Below, in pieces: positions 50,971-60,026 of a DNA stretch of 64,000 nucleotides (the stretch's first letter is position 1; each line of letters begins with the position of its first letter). Source of the stretch: Alphaproteobacteria bacterium (lineage in GTDB: Bacteria; Pseudomonadota; Alphaproteobacteria; Micropepsales; Micropepsaceae); assembly GCA_028865545.1 (NCBI GenBank), contig JAGWJY010000006.1, forward strand, positions 31,932 through 95,931, in the 5' to 3' direction. Below the pieces are notes generated by a model, which was given only the letters and a program-made list of their open reading frames with translations, was not told where the DNA came from and did not search any database. Both the position numbers and the translations under genes were made by a program.

Positions 50971-51752
50971 CAGTTGACCTTAACGCGCGGCAGGTACTCC
51001 CGCTGGAACCAAGCGTCAGGAATGTCCTGTGCCTGCATGTCGGCATTGGTCATCGTGGTCACCAGATTCTGGTCGACGGCATCGATGATGATGGTCTCGC
51101 TCGGGCGCATGCCGCCGAGCTGTTCTATATATTTGTGATAATACGCGATCTTCAGCAACCTGCCGCTGTCGGAATAGAACTTACCCTTCACCGGACGGAA
51201 AGTTCCCTTTTCGACCCAGTATTCGATCCGGCTATAGACCGCTTCGTCGTTCGCGGCCTTCAGATCGAGATGCCAGCAGTCGCGATTTTTCCGGTCGGCG
51301 TCTTCCAGCGTCTCCTCGCCGACCAACTTGGCGGTGTAGTCCTTGGCGAGATTGGCGGTGACGACGTCGCCATCGGACGCCTGCCCCATCAGCCGCTGCT
51401 GCGGCGAGATGCGGACGCTGACCTTCGACGACGGATCGTAGAACCACATGTTGCTGCCGTTCATCAGCACCATCTTGCCACTGTCGCGCGGCGGATCGAC
51501 ATAGCGCACCAGATTGCTGAACTGGTGGGTCTGCTTGTCCTCCTTGGCGAAGACGACAAGCACCACGCGATCGGTTGCTTTGCCGCCGGTGTATTCCACA
51601 AGCGTGTTGGTCAGGCGGAACGGTTGGCCGGGATTGCGCGTCTTGTCAGCTGCGGCAACGATGTCCTGCGCGCTGATTGGCGCGGTCTGAGCATGTCCGC
51701 CAGCGATCAAAAACGTCGCAACCGCAAAGCCGATCAGAAGATTTTTCATCAC
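50970..51752 (-). CDS. LolA-like outer-membrane lipoprotein-sorting protein
   Basis: Signal peptide, GKMVLMNGSNMWFY, RISPQQRLMGQASDGDV, YSDSGRLLK. Confidence 0.8.
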   Translation of the reverse strand: MMKNLLIGFAVATFLIAGGHAQTAPISAQDIVAAADKTRNPGQPFRLTNTLVEYTGGKATDRVVLVVFAKEDKQTHQFSNLVRYVDPPRDSGKMVLMNGSNMWFYDPSSKVSVRISPQQRLMGQASDGDVVTANLAKDYTAKLVGEETLEDADRKNRDCWHLDLKAANDEAVYSRIEYWVEKGTFRPVKGKFYSDSGRLLKIAYYHKYIEQLGGMRPSETIIIDAVDQNLVTTMTNADMQAQDIPDAWFQREYLPRVKVN

Positions 51753-51758
51753 ACATCC

Positions 51759-53162
51759 TCAAACATGGCGCAACGCATCAACAACCAGCATACGCGACGC
51801 GCGGCCCGCGGGAATGATTGCTGCGATGGTCGCCATCAGCATAAGCCCAAACCAGACGGATAAGAGCAACTTGCCCACGCCTTGCGTAAGCAGCAGCAAG
51901 GGGACGGGATATGCCTGCCCCGGCGGCGTGTAAGTAACGCCCGCATGGTTGAACCACGTGGCCAGAAGCGAGGCCAGGATAACGCCGGCCGTGGCGCCGA
52001 TGGCACCGAGCATCCAACCTTCGATTAAAAACTGCCGACGGATGCCGCTGCGGCGCACGCCCATGGCACGCGCCGTGCCGATCTCGTTTGTCCGTTCCAT
52101 GACGCTCATGCTCATGGTGTTGACGATCGTGAACAGCACAATCACGCCCATGATGACGGAGATGAACGTAAAGATCGCGCTCATGAAACTGATGATCTGC
52201 GTGTACTGGGGTGTCAGTTCCTTGAAATCATGCACTTCCAGATCGAGGCCGTGCTGTTTGAACAAAGCATCGAGGCGGGCGCGGGCTCGTTCCATATCTT
52301 CGGTGCGATGAAGCTGAATCTCAATACTGACCGCTTTGTGTTCACCCCGGCCGTATAAGAGGTCCTGGGCCAGTTTCAGATTCATGCCGACATAAGAGTC
52401 GTCTAATTCCTTGAAGCCCATATTCACGGCCTTGTTCACAAAAAAACTGACGACGTTGGGGGCGCCTTCCGCCGTTGCGGCCAAAAGGTCGATGCGCGGC
52501 GCCATGTCGGCATGTGTTTGAGCTGTCGAGCGGTCACGTGCCGACAATTCGGCGAGGTTCACATCCGGCGTGGGCGCGTCTGCAACAGCAGACACCTCGG
52601 GTTTCGGGGGCGCAGGGCAGTTGGCAATCTTGAGCGGTTGGCACAGGCCCAGGACGCGCGCCATCCCGATACCGACAATACCATGCGTTTCGTCGTCGTC
52701 TCGTACGCCGATATCATTCGCCCTGCCAAGGCGCTGGATGCCGTATTCGTTCCACTGCCGCATTTTTATACGGTCCGAGGCGACAAAACCCGTCCCGAAA
52801 AAAGTCTTGGAGGTATCTATGCCGAAATTCCCTGCGATACCAAACAGAGTCACCGTGGGCGTGGCGACAGTGATTTCGGATCGGAGTTGCGGATCGTTCT
52901 CGATTAAGCGAATGACGCCTTGATAGTTGCCGATGCTGTAAGCAGCGGGATTGCCCGAACCGAAATCGAAATAACCTTTGTGATACACTGTGAGGTGGCC
53001 GCCGTTTTCAACCGCGCCCGTCTCCAGCCCCACCATGATGAAGGCGACATATTCCCCGAACAGGATCATGGCGATGGCGCCAACAGCAATGGCCGAAGCC
53101 GTCATCAGCGAGCGGCGCCCATTACGCAGGATGTTCCGGAAGGCGATCTTGAGGAGCATCAT
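51759..53162 (-). CDS. FtsX/LolE/MacB-type ABC permease
   Basis: AFRNILRNGRRSLMT, large periplasmic domain, ERTNEIGTARAMG, three C-terminal TMs. Confidence 0.9.
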   Translation of the reverse strand: MMLLKIAFRNILRNGRRSLMTASAIAVGAIAMILFGEYVAFIMVGLETGAVENGGHLTVYHKGYFDFGSGNPAAYSIGNYQGVIRLIENDPQLRSEITVATPTVTLFGIAGNFGIDTSKTFFGTGFVASDRIKMRQWNEYGIQRLGRANDIGVRDDDETHGIVGIGMARVLGLCQPLKIANCPAPPKPEVSAVADAPTPDVNLAELSARDRSTAQTHADMAPRIDLLAATAEGAPNVVSFFVNKAVNMGFKELDDSYVGMNLKLAQDLLYGRGEHKAVSIEIQLHRTEDMERARARLDALFKQHGLDLEVHDFKELTPQYTQIISFMSAIFTFISVIMGVIVLFTIVNTMSMSVMERTNEIGTARAMGVRRSGIRRQFLIEGWMLGAIGATAGVILASLLATWFNHAGVTYTPPGQAYPVPLLLLTQGVGKLLLSVWFGLMLMATIAAIIPAGRASRMLVVDALRHV

Positions 53163-53872
53163 TGGCCTTCTCCCCTGCGCTGTTCGACCAGCTGACCGTC
53201 GCGGATGACGAATGTGTCTTCGGCCCGGGAAATCAGCTGAGGGTCATGCGACGAGAAGATGAAGCTCACCTTCTGTTCGCGCTGCACTTTGTGCATCAGT
53301 TCGATGATCTGTGCGCCGGTGTGGCTGTCGAGATTGGCCGTCGGCTCGTCAGCCAGCACGATCTCCGGATGCTTGACCAGCGCGCGGGCGATGGCGACGC
53401 GCTGCTTCTGACCGCCAGAGAGTTGGTTCGGACGGTGCCGGCGCTGATCCGCAAGGCCGACGGATTCAAGCATCGCCAGCGTACGTGCTTGGCGTTCCTT
53501 GGCCGGCATGCCGATCAGCAGCAGCGGATACTCAACGTTCTCGTAGGCGGAGAGCACCGGGTAGAGATTGAAATTCTGAAAGACGAAAGCGATGTTGCGA
53601 GCGCGGAAGTCGGTGATCTTGTTGTCGGAAAGCTTGGCGACGTCTTCGCCGCACACTTCAATGCGCCCGCCGGTCGGCATGTCGATGCAGCCGATGAGAT
53701 TGAGCAGCGTCGTCTTTCCGCTGCCTGACGGCCCTACAATCATCGTGAAACGCTGGCGTCGGATATCGAAGCTGATGTCGTTGACCGCCGTGACCTTCAG
53801 TCCGTCGTCGTCATAAGTTTTTACGACGTTGTGCAAGCTGACGATCGGACCGTCTTCTGCTGTTCCCGCCAT
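53159..53872 (-). CDS. LolD/MacB-type ABC ATPase
   Basis: GPSGSGKTT, VFQNFNL, LSGGQKQRVAIARAL, LADEPTANLD. Confidence 0.93.
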   Translation of the reverse strand: MAGTAEDGPIVSLHNVVKTYDDDGLKVTAVNDISFDIRRQRFTMIVGPSGSGKTTLLNLIGCIDMPTGGRIEVCGEDVAKLSDNKITDFRARNIAFVFQNFNLYPVLSAYENVEYPLLLIGMPAKERQARTLAMLESVGLADQRRHRPNQLSGGQKQRVAIARALVKHPEIVLADEPTANLDSHTGAQIIELMHKVQREQKVSFIFSSHDPQLISRAEDTFVIRDGQLVEQRRGEGQ

Positions 53873-54184
53873 GACCGTTGGCCTCCCGCCAAACATCTAA
53901 AAACCCTAGTGCTGTTTATCGCGACCGGTCGGCTGCCGAGCTGCGTTTAATGTACGGTGTAAATTATTGGCGTTAGCGTACTTTGTAAATTAAAAACTTC
54001 GAAGCCGTCTATCGCGATAACGCAAGCAAAGTGCCGCAGGTGCAGACCATGTGACGCTGGGTTTACCCTCTTCTGCCCATCACGCTTCGTCACAATTGTC
54101 AGAACACTCTATCCAATAGAGTTATCTATGTCAACGACGCTATTGGATGTGCTGGATAGCTTGACGCGCCCTGGTTTCGATCTT

Positions 54185-54220
54185 ATTTATCCGACTGGTT
54201 ATTTAACTGATTGGCGTAAT
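54185..54220. promoter_or_regulatory. Tandem imperfect palindromes, candidate ArsR operator
   Basis: ATTTATCC-gact-GGTTATTT and ATTTAACT-gatt-GGCGTAAT at 16-bp spacing directly before the ArsR ATG; TTGACG at 54161. Confidence 0.4.
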
Positions 54221-54225
54221 ACAAC

Positions 54226-54582
54226 ATGACACCTGACCCTCTCAGCGCCACCTTCGCCGCCCTCGCGGATCCGACGCGCCGCGCCATCCTGGCACGCCTC
54301 GCACTGGGCGAAACCACGGTGAACGAACTTGCGGAACCTTTCGACATCAGCCTGCCCGCCGTCTCCAAGCATCTGAAGGTGCTAGAGCGCGCCGGACTGA
54401 TCGCGCGCGGGCGCGAAGCGCAATGGCGTCCCTGCCGCATTGAACCCGAAGCGCTCAAAAGCGTGGACAACTGGCTCGAAGAATACCGCCAGCTCTGGGA
54501 TCAGCGCCTCGATCGCTTGGAAGACTATCTGCACCAGTTACAAGGGAAGGAAAAAAAACGTGGACGAAAAAAGCAGCATTGA
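54226..54582 (+). CDS. ArsR/SmtB family regulator (SRPBCC-associated type)
   Basis: FAALADPTRRAIL, AVSKHLKVLERAGL, RLDRLEDYL. Confidence 0.92.
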   Translation: MTPDPLSATFAALADPTRRAILARLALGETTVNELAEPFDISLPAVSKHLKVLERAGLIARGREAQWRPCRIEPEALKSVDNWLEEYRQLWDQRLDRLEDYLHQLQGKEKKRGRKKQH

Positions 54583-55042
54583 TCTCAACAACAATCCACG
54601 CGAGATCGTCGGCACGCGCGTGATCGACGCGCCGCGCGAGATCGTATGGCAAGCATGGACTGATCCGAAGCATTTGGCGCAATGGTGGGGGCCGATCGGT
54701 TTCACCACTACAACCTCGTCCTTCGATATGAGGCCCGGCGGCGTTTGGCGTTTCGTGATGCACGGCCCCGACGGCCGCGACTATCAGAACCGCGTGACCT
54801 TCATCGACATCGTAAAGCCTGAACGGATCGTCTACCGTCACGGCGGCGGCGACGACGTCGAACCGGTGCTGTTCGAGACCACCGTGGTCTTCGAGGATTT
54901 CGGCGGCAAGACCAGACTCGTCTGGACGGGCAAATTTCCGACGGCAGACCAGCGTACCGCGGTCATCAAGAATTACGGCGCCGACAAGGGTCTGTTGCAG
55001 ACCATGGCGCGGCTTGCGGAATTCGCGGAAACGAAATCCTGA
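54560..55042 (+). CDS. SRPBCC/Aha1 domain protein
   Basis: RVIDAPREIVWQAWTDPKHLAQWWGP, DMRPGG.WRFVMHGPDG; GTG start. Confidence 0.9.
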   Translation: MDEKSSIDLNNNPREIVGTRVIDAPREIVWQAWTDPKHLAQWWGPIGFTTTTSSFDMRPGGVWRFVMHGPDGRDYQNRVTFIDIVKPERIVYRHGGGDDVEPVLFETTVVFEDFGGKTRLVWTGKFPTADQRTAVIKNYGADKGLLQTMARLAEFAETKS

Positions 55043-55046
55043 TGAT

Positions 55047-55490
55047 TTACGACAATGCGATCAGATCGGCGCGCAGCGCATCGGCGGAACGCGGCAGTAG
55101 CTTGTCGACCTCGGCATGCGCCTTCTTCCAGACCGGCATCGTTGCGATCAGCAGTGCGTGGCCGGCCGGCGTCAACGCCAGGCGACGGCCGCGCTTATCT
55201 TCTTTATCGACCGTAATCTTCACCAAGCTCCGGCGTTCAAGCGGCTTGAGGGCAGCGGTCAGTGTGGTGCGGTCCATCGCCAGCAGCTGCGCAACGCTGC
55301 CCATGCCCGGCGGTTCGGGCCGATTAAGCGACATGAGCAGCGAGAATTGGCCGTTGGTCAGGTCCAGCGGCCGCAGCACCTCGTCGAAGCGCCTCGCCAA
55401 CGCCCTCGCCGCCCGCTGCACATGGAGACAAAGACAGGTGTCACGTACGTGAAGTGTGACGTCGTAGGGAAGTGATTTGCGAGTTGACAT
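55047..55490 (-). CDS. MarR family regulator
   Basis: CLCLHVQRAARALARRFD, MDRTTLTAALKPLERR, LTPAG. Confidence 0.92.
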   Translation of the reverse strand: MSTRKSLPYDVTLHVRDTCLCLHVQRAARALARRFDEVLRPLDLTNGQFSLLMSLNRPEPPGMGSVAQLLAMDRTTLTAALKPLERRSLVKITVDKEDKRGRRLALTPAGHALLIATMPVWKKAHAEVDKLLPRSADALRADLIALS

Positions 55491-55501
55491 CGGAGTATAT
55501 A

Positions 55502-55515
55502 AGTTGATATCAACT
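55502..55515. promoter_or_regulatory. Perfect 14-bp palindrome, candidate MarR operator
   Basis: AGTTGATATCAACT, 12 bp upstream of marR in the divergent promoter region. Confidence 0.55.
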
Positions 55516-55695
55516 CATTTATCAAGATATCATTGCTGCGACAAATCGGCCGACAGCGGCAACATCGCTGCCGCCTGGATGTCGAACCGCCGGAGGACAC
55601 GATGAAGCCGCACAGAATCGTGTCTTGCGAGAAACGGTCCGAAGCGCGGCGAAGCAGCTCCGCCTGACAATCCGACGTAACCACAGGAACATACA

Positions 55696-56106
55696 ATGCA
55701 AACCCACTCCCACCTCAGTTTCAACGGTCAATGCGAAGAAGCGTTCCGGTATTACGAAAAGCACCTGGGCGGGAAGATCACCAGGTTGGCCCTGTACGAA
55801 GGCACGCCGGCCGAGCAGCATGTGCCGCCAGAATTGCGCAAGAAGGTGATTCATGCCGAAATAAAAATCGGCGATACCACGATGATGGCTGCGGACGCGC
55901 CTCCGGGTCGCTATCAGACATCACATGGCATTGCGGTGACGCTTGCCGTCGACACACCTGCCGACGCGGAACGCATGTTCAATGCGTTGGCAGACGGCGG
56001 AACCGTTCAGATGCCGATGGAAAAGACTTTCTTTGCTGTGAAGTTCGGCATGCTGAGGGACCGCTTCGGCATTCCATGGATGGTCATCTGCGAAAAGGCG
56101 ACGTGA
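55696..56106 (+). CDS. VOC/PhnB family protein
   Basis: HLSFNGQCEEAFRYY, VIHAEI, DRFGIPWMV. Confidence 0.88.
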   Translation: MQTHSHLSFNGQCEEAFRYYEKHLGGKITRLALYEGTPAEQHVPPELRKKVIHAEIKIGDTTMMAADAPPGRYQTSHGIAVTLAVDTPADAERMFNALADGGTVQMPMEKTFFAVKFGMLRDRFGIPWMVICEKAT

Positions 56107-56110
56107 GCAC

Positions 56111-56614
56111 ATGCCCGCCGGATTGCAGATCACGAAGCCGCACTTCGTGGCGCGCGATGCCCGACCCTATTTGGGCATCGCGGCGACGGTGACGATGCAG
56201 ACGATCGGTGATCACGCGGACAGGCTCTTCCCGGAGTTGTTCGCATGGTTCGCGGCGCGAGGCATCAAGCCGGCGGCCACATCGTTCATCAAATATAATT
56301 TCATAGGCATGAGCCACGGTCCCGAGATCGAGATCGCGGCACCAGTAGAGAAGGCCATTGCGGGCGACGGTCATGTCAAAGCGGGCACTCTTCCTGCCGG
56401 CCGCTACGCAACGCACCGGCATTTCGGCGGATTCGACGGGCTCAAGACCACTACCGGCGCGCTGTTCGATTGGATCAGCGCTCAGAACCTTGCAAGTGAT
56501 ACGGACGAAAATAGCCGCTGGGCCGCGCGCCTTGAAACCTGTCACACCGATCCACTCGCCGAACCCGACGAGACGAAGTGGGAAACCGAAGTTGCCTGCA
56601 AGATAGCCGATTAG
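56111..56614 (+). CDS. GyrI-like small-molecule-binding protein
   Basis: LPAGRYATHRHFG, LETCHTDP, WETEV. Confidence 0.82.
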   Translation: MPAGLQITKPHFVARDARPYLGIAATVTMQTIGDHADRLFPELFAWFAARGIKPAATSFIKYNFIGMSHGPEIEIAAPVEKAIAGDGHVKAGTLPAGRYATHRHFGGFDGLKTTTGALFDWISAQNLASDTDENSRWAARLETCHTDPLAEPDETKWETEVACKIAD

Positions 56615-56624
56615 GAGCGGAATA

Positions 56625-56906
56625 ATGACGCGGTCGATATCGGATTTTCTAATCGGCGCACTGATCGCGGCGGCAGCGTGCGTGCCGTCAGACAGTTGGG
56701 CGACGGCGTCGCGTGTTGTCGCGCCCGGCAGGACCGAGGCGCCGGCGGGCACCAATACGCTCGACAAAGCGCATGCCAGTCTGATCTTCCGCGCCAGTCA
56801 TCTGGGCTTTTTGCATTTTACCGCGCGGATGTCGTATTTCGACGTGACACTGCAGTTCGATCCGCGCCATCCCGACCGTTCACAAGTGGCCGACGAGAAG
56901 GAATAG
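56625..56906 (+). pseudogene. Truncated YceI family gene
   Basis: Signal peptide then TLDKAHASLIFRASHLGF..FDP; only 93 aa, about half of a YceI barrel. Confidence 0.7.
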
Positions 56907-56911
56907 GACAC

Positions 56912-57385
56912 ATGCAGAAGATCACCCCGTTTCTTTGGTTCGACAGGGAGGCCGAGGAAGCCGCAAATTTCTACGTCTCCATCTTCAAGAATTCCAAGAT
57001 CGTGAACATCAGCCGATATCCAGAGGGCGCGCCCAATCCGGCCGGCGCAGTGATGACGGTGGAATTCCAACTTGACGGTCGCTATTTCATTGCGCTGAAC
57101 GGCGGCCCGCACTTCAAGTTCACAGAGGCCATATCGCTCTCCGTCAGTTGCGAGACGCAGGCCGAAGTCGACGAATTGTGGGCAAGGCTCACGGCCGGCG
57201 GAGAAGAAGGTCCTTGCGCCTGGCTCAAGGACAAATACGGCCTATCGTGGCAGATCGTGCCCACGGCCCTGCCACGATTGCTGAAGGACAAGGACCGGTC
57301 AAAGGCGTCGCGCGTCATGCAGGCGATGATGAAGATGAAGAAGATCGACATCGGAAAACTGCAAGAGGCCTACGATCGTGACTGA
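56912..57385 (+). CDS. VOC family protein (3-demethylubiquinone-9 3-methyltransferase-like)
   Basis: MQKITPFLWFD, LNGGPHFKFTEAIS, CAWLKDKYGLSWQIVP, MKMKKIDI. Confidence 0.9.
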   Translation: MQKITPFLWFDREAEEAANFYVSIFKNSKIVNISRYPEGAPNPAGAVMTVEFQLDGRYFIALNGGPHFKFTEAISLSVSCETQAEVDELWARLTAGGEEGPCAWLKDKYGLSWQIVPTALPRLLKDKDRSKASRVMQAMMKMKKIDIGKLQEAYDRD

Positions 57386-57473
57386 CGCCGGGACATCGCG
57401 CCACGATCTCGACATCACGCGGGTGCTCAATGCACCGCGTGCACTGGCATTCCAGGTATGGACCGATCCCAAG
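57378..57473 (+). pseudogene. SRPBCC N-terminal fragment
   Basis: DLDITRVLNAPRALAFQVWTDPK then runs into the 3' end of mmsB on the opposite strand. Confidence 0.7.
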
Positions 57474-57483
57474 TGGCCAAGGC

Positions 57484-58374
57484 TTAAAGTTCGCCGCGCA
57501 GCATCTTCACAATGCCGGAGAAATCCAAGCCGGCGTGGCCCTTCGCTGCGAACAGCGAATAGAGCTGCTGTGCCTCGGCGCCGAGCGGCGTCGTCGCGCC
57601 TGCCCCCTGGGCGGCAGCCTGGGCGAGTTTCAGGTCCTTCAGCATCAGTGCCGTGGCAAAGCCGCCGGCGTAACCGCGGTTGGCCGGCGAGGTCGGCACC
57701 GGTCCCGGCACCGGGCAATAGGTGGTGAGCGACCAGCACTGGCCGGACGACGTCGACATGATGTCGAACAGCTTCTGCGGCTCCAGACCGAGCTTCTCGC
57801 CCAAGGCAAAGGCCTCGCAGGTGCCGATCATCGAGATCGCCAGCAGCATGTTGTTGCAGACCTTGGCGGCCTGCCCTGCTCCGGCCGCGCCCGCCAACAC
57901 GATTTTCTTGCCCATGGTTTCGAGGATCGGCTTGGCGCGCGCGAAGCCCTCCTCGCTACCGCCACACATGAAGGTGAGTGTGCCGGCCTCTGCGCCGCCG
58001 ACGCCGCCAGACACGGGTGCATCCAGAAAGGCAAAACCCGACTTCTCTGCCGCCGCCGCTACCGCACGGGCGGAGTCAATGTCGATGGTGGAGCTATCGA
58101 TCAGCAAGGCGCCATTTTTAGCAACCGACAGAACACCGCCTTGGTCGAGATAGACGCTGCGGACATGCTGACCGGCCGGCAGCATGGTGATGACACAATC
58201 GACGCCCTTGACCGTTTCTGCGGCAGATGGCGCGGCCGTGGCGCCGGCCTCCGTCACGGCTTTCAGCGCTTGCGCGCTGAGATCGAAGGCGCGTACCGCG
58301 TGCCCCGCCTTGAGGAGATTGCGCACCATCGGCCCACCCATATTGCCGACACCGATGAATCCGATGCTGACCAT
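57484..58374 (-). CDS. mmsB: 3-hydroxyisobutyrate dehydrogenase
   Basis: GVGNMGGPM, DAPVSGG, AKVCNNM, WSLTTYCPVPGP, MLKDL. Confidence 0.94.
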   Translation of the reverse strand: MVSIGFIGVGNMGGPMVRNLLKAGHAVRAFDLSAQALKAVTEAGATAAPSAAETVKGVDCVITMLPAGQHVRSVYLDQGGVLSVAKNGALLIDSSTIDIDSARAVAAAAEKSGFAFLDAPVSGGVGGAEAGTLTFMCGGSEEGFARAKPILETMGKKIVLAGAAGAGQAAKVCNNMLLAISMIGTCEAFALGEKLGLEPQKLFDIMSTSSGQCWSLTTYCPVPGPVPTSPANRGYAGGFATALMLKDLKLAQAAAQGAGATTPLGAEAQQLYSLFAAKGHAGLDFSGIVKMLRGEL

Positions 58375-58403
58375 GGCTTCCTCCTGTCGCGTCGCTTGGA
58401 CGT

Positions 58404-59903
58404 CTATTTCATTGTCGGGATGACGAAGTCCGGATTCTCGCGCACGCCGCCTTTGGGCCAGCGCGCCGTTACCGTCTTGATCTTGGTGTAGAAGCGTACG
58501 CCCTCAGGACCATGCTGGTTGATGTCTCCGAAGGCTGAGCGCTTCCAACCGCCAAAGGTGTGATAGGCCAGCGGCACCGGGATCGGCACATTGATGCCGA
58601 CCATGCCGACCTGGACACGCGAAGCAAATTCCCTGGCTGCATCGCCGTCGCGGGTGAAAATGGCGACGCCGTTGCCATACTGGTGCTTGGACGGCAGCGT
58701 GACCGCTTCTTCAAAATCGTGGGCGCGAACGATCTGCAGCACCGGGCCGAAGATCTCATCCTTGTAGGTGGTCATCTGCGGGGTCACGCGATCGAACAGC
58801 GAACCACCAAGGTAGAAGCCGTTTTCATAGCCCTGCATCTTGAAATCGCGACCATCGACCACGAGCTTGGCGCCTTCCTTCACGCCGAGATCGATATAGT
58901 CCATCACCTTCCTGCGGTGCGCCGCGGTGACCAACGGGCCATAGGACGCTTCCGGATCGTTCGGCAGACCGATCTTCAACGCTTCCACGCGGACCTTGAG
59001 GCGGGCGATCAGCGCATCAGCAGTCTTGTCGGTCACCGGTACGGCGGCCGCGATTGCCATGCAGCGCTCACCGGCTGAGCCGTAGCCCGCGCCCATCAGC
59101 TCATTGACGACCTGGTCGAGATCGGCGTCGGGCATGATGATCGCGTGGTTCTTGGCGCCGCCCATGGCCTGCACGCGCTTTCCGCTCGCCGTGCCGTGCA
59201 CGTAGACGTATTCCGCGATTGCCGAGGAGCCGACGAAGCTAACAGCCTTGATATCCGGATCTTCAAGGATGGCATCCACCGCTTCTTTGTCACCGTTCAC
59301 CACCTGCAGCACGCCCGGTGGACCACCCGCTTCGAGGAAGAGTTCGGCCAGACGCAGCGGCACCGATGGGTCCTTCTCGCTCGGCTTGTTGATAAAGCAG
59401 TTGCCGCAGGCGATGGCGACGCCGAACATCCACATCGGGATCATCGCGGGGAAATTGAACGGCGTGATGCCGGCGACGACGCCGAGCGGCTGTCGCATGG
59501 AATAGATGTCGATGCCGGGGCCGGCACCTTCGGTGTATTCGCCCTTTTGCAGGTGCGGGATGCCGCAGGCAAACTCGATCACTTCGATCCCGCGCAACAC
59601 GTCGCCGCGGGAGTCGGCAAGCACTTTACCGTGCTCTGCGGACAACAATGCCGCCAACTCGTCCATATGCGCTTCGACAAGCGACTTGAAATTGAACATC
59701 ACGCGGGCGCGGCGTTGTGGATTGACGGCTGCCCATTTGGGAAACGCTTCGAGCGCGGCCTCGACCGCTTTGCGCATCTCGCCGCGCGAGGCGAACGGCA
59801 CCTTGGCCTGGACCTCACCGGTGGCGGGATTGAACACATCGCCGAAGCGGCCGGATGTGCCCTTCACCGACGCGCCATTGATGAAATGATGCAGCTCTTT
59901 CAT
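58404..59903 (-). CDS. mmsA: CoA-acylating methylmalonate-semialdehyde dehydrogenase
   Basis: ITPFNFPAMIPMW, KPSEKDP, MGGAKNH, GERCMA, EIFGPV, VGINVPIPVP. Confidence 0.95.
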   Translation of the reverse strand: MKELHHFINGASVKGTSGRFGDVFNPATGEVQAKVPFASRGEMRKAVEAALEAFPKWAAVNPQRRARVMFNFKSLVEAHMDELAALLSAEHGKVLADSRGDVLRGIEVIEFACGIPHLQKGEYTEGAGPGIDIYSMRQPLGVVAGITPFNFPAMIPMWMFGVAIACGNCFINKPSEKDPSVPLRLAELFLEAGGPPGVLQVVNGDKEAVDAILEDPDIKAVSFVGSSAIAEYVYVHGTASGKRVQAMGGAKNHAIIMPDADLDQVVNELMGAGYGSAGERCMAIAAAVPVTDKTADALIARLKVRVEALKIGLPNDPEASYGPLVTAAHRRKVMDYIDLGVKEGAKLVVDGRDFKMQGYENGFYLGGSLFDRVTPQMTTYKDEIFGPVLQIVRAHDFEEAVTLPSKHQYGNGVAIFTRDGDAAREFASRVQVGMVGINVPIPVPLAYHTFGGWKRSAFGDINQHGPEGVRFYTKIKTVTARWPKGGVRENPDFVIPTMK

Positions 59904-60026
59904 GGACGATCTCCCGGAGCGTTTCTTGTTTTGGCGACGCCAGCATGCCGGACTACGCCTGCGCTCTGCAAATCATACATGATGATCAGGTTGCCCCATC
60001 GGCAAGAAGCCGCCGATATGGTGCGC

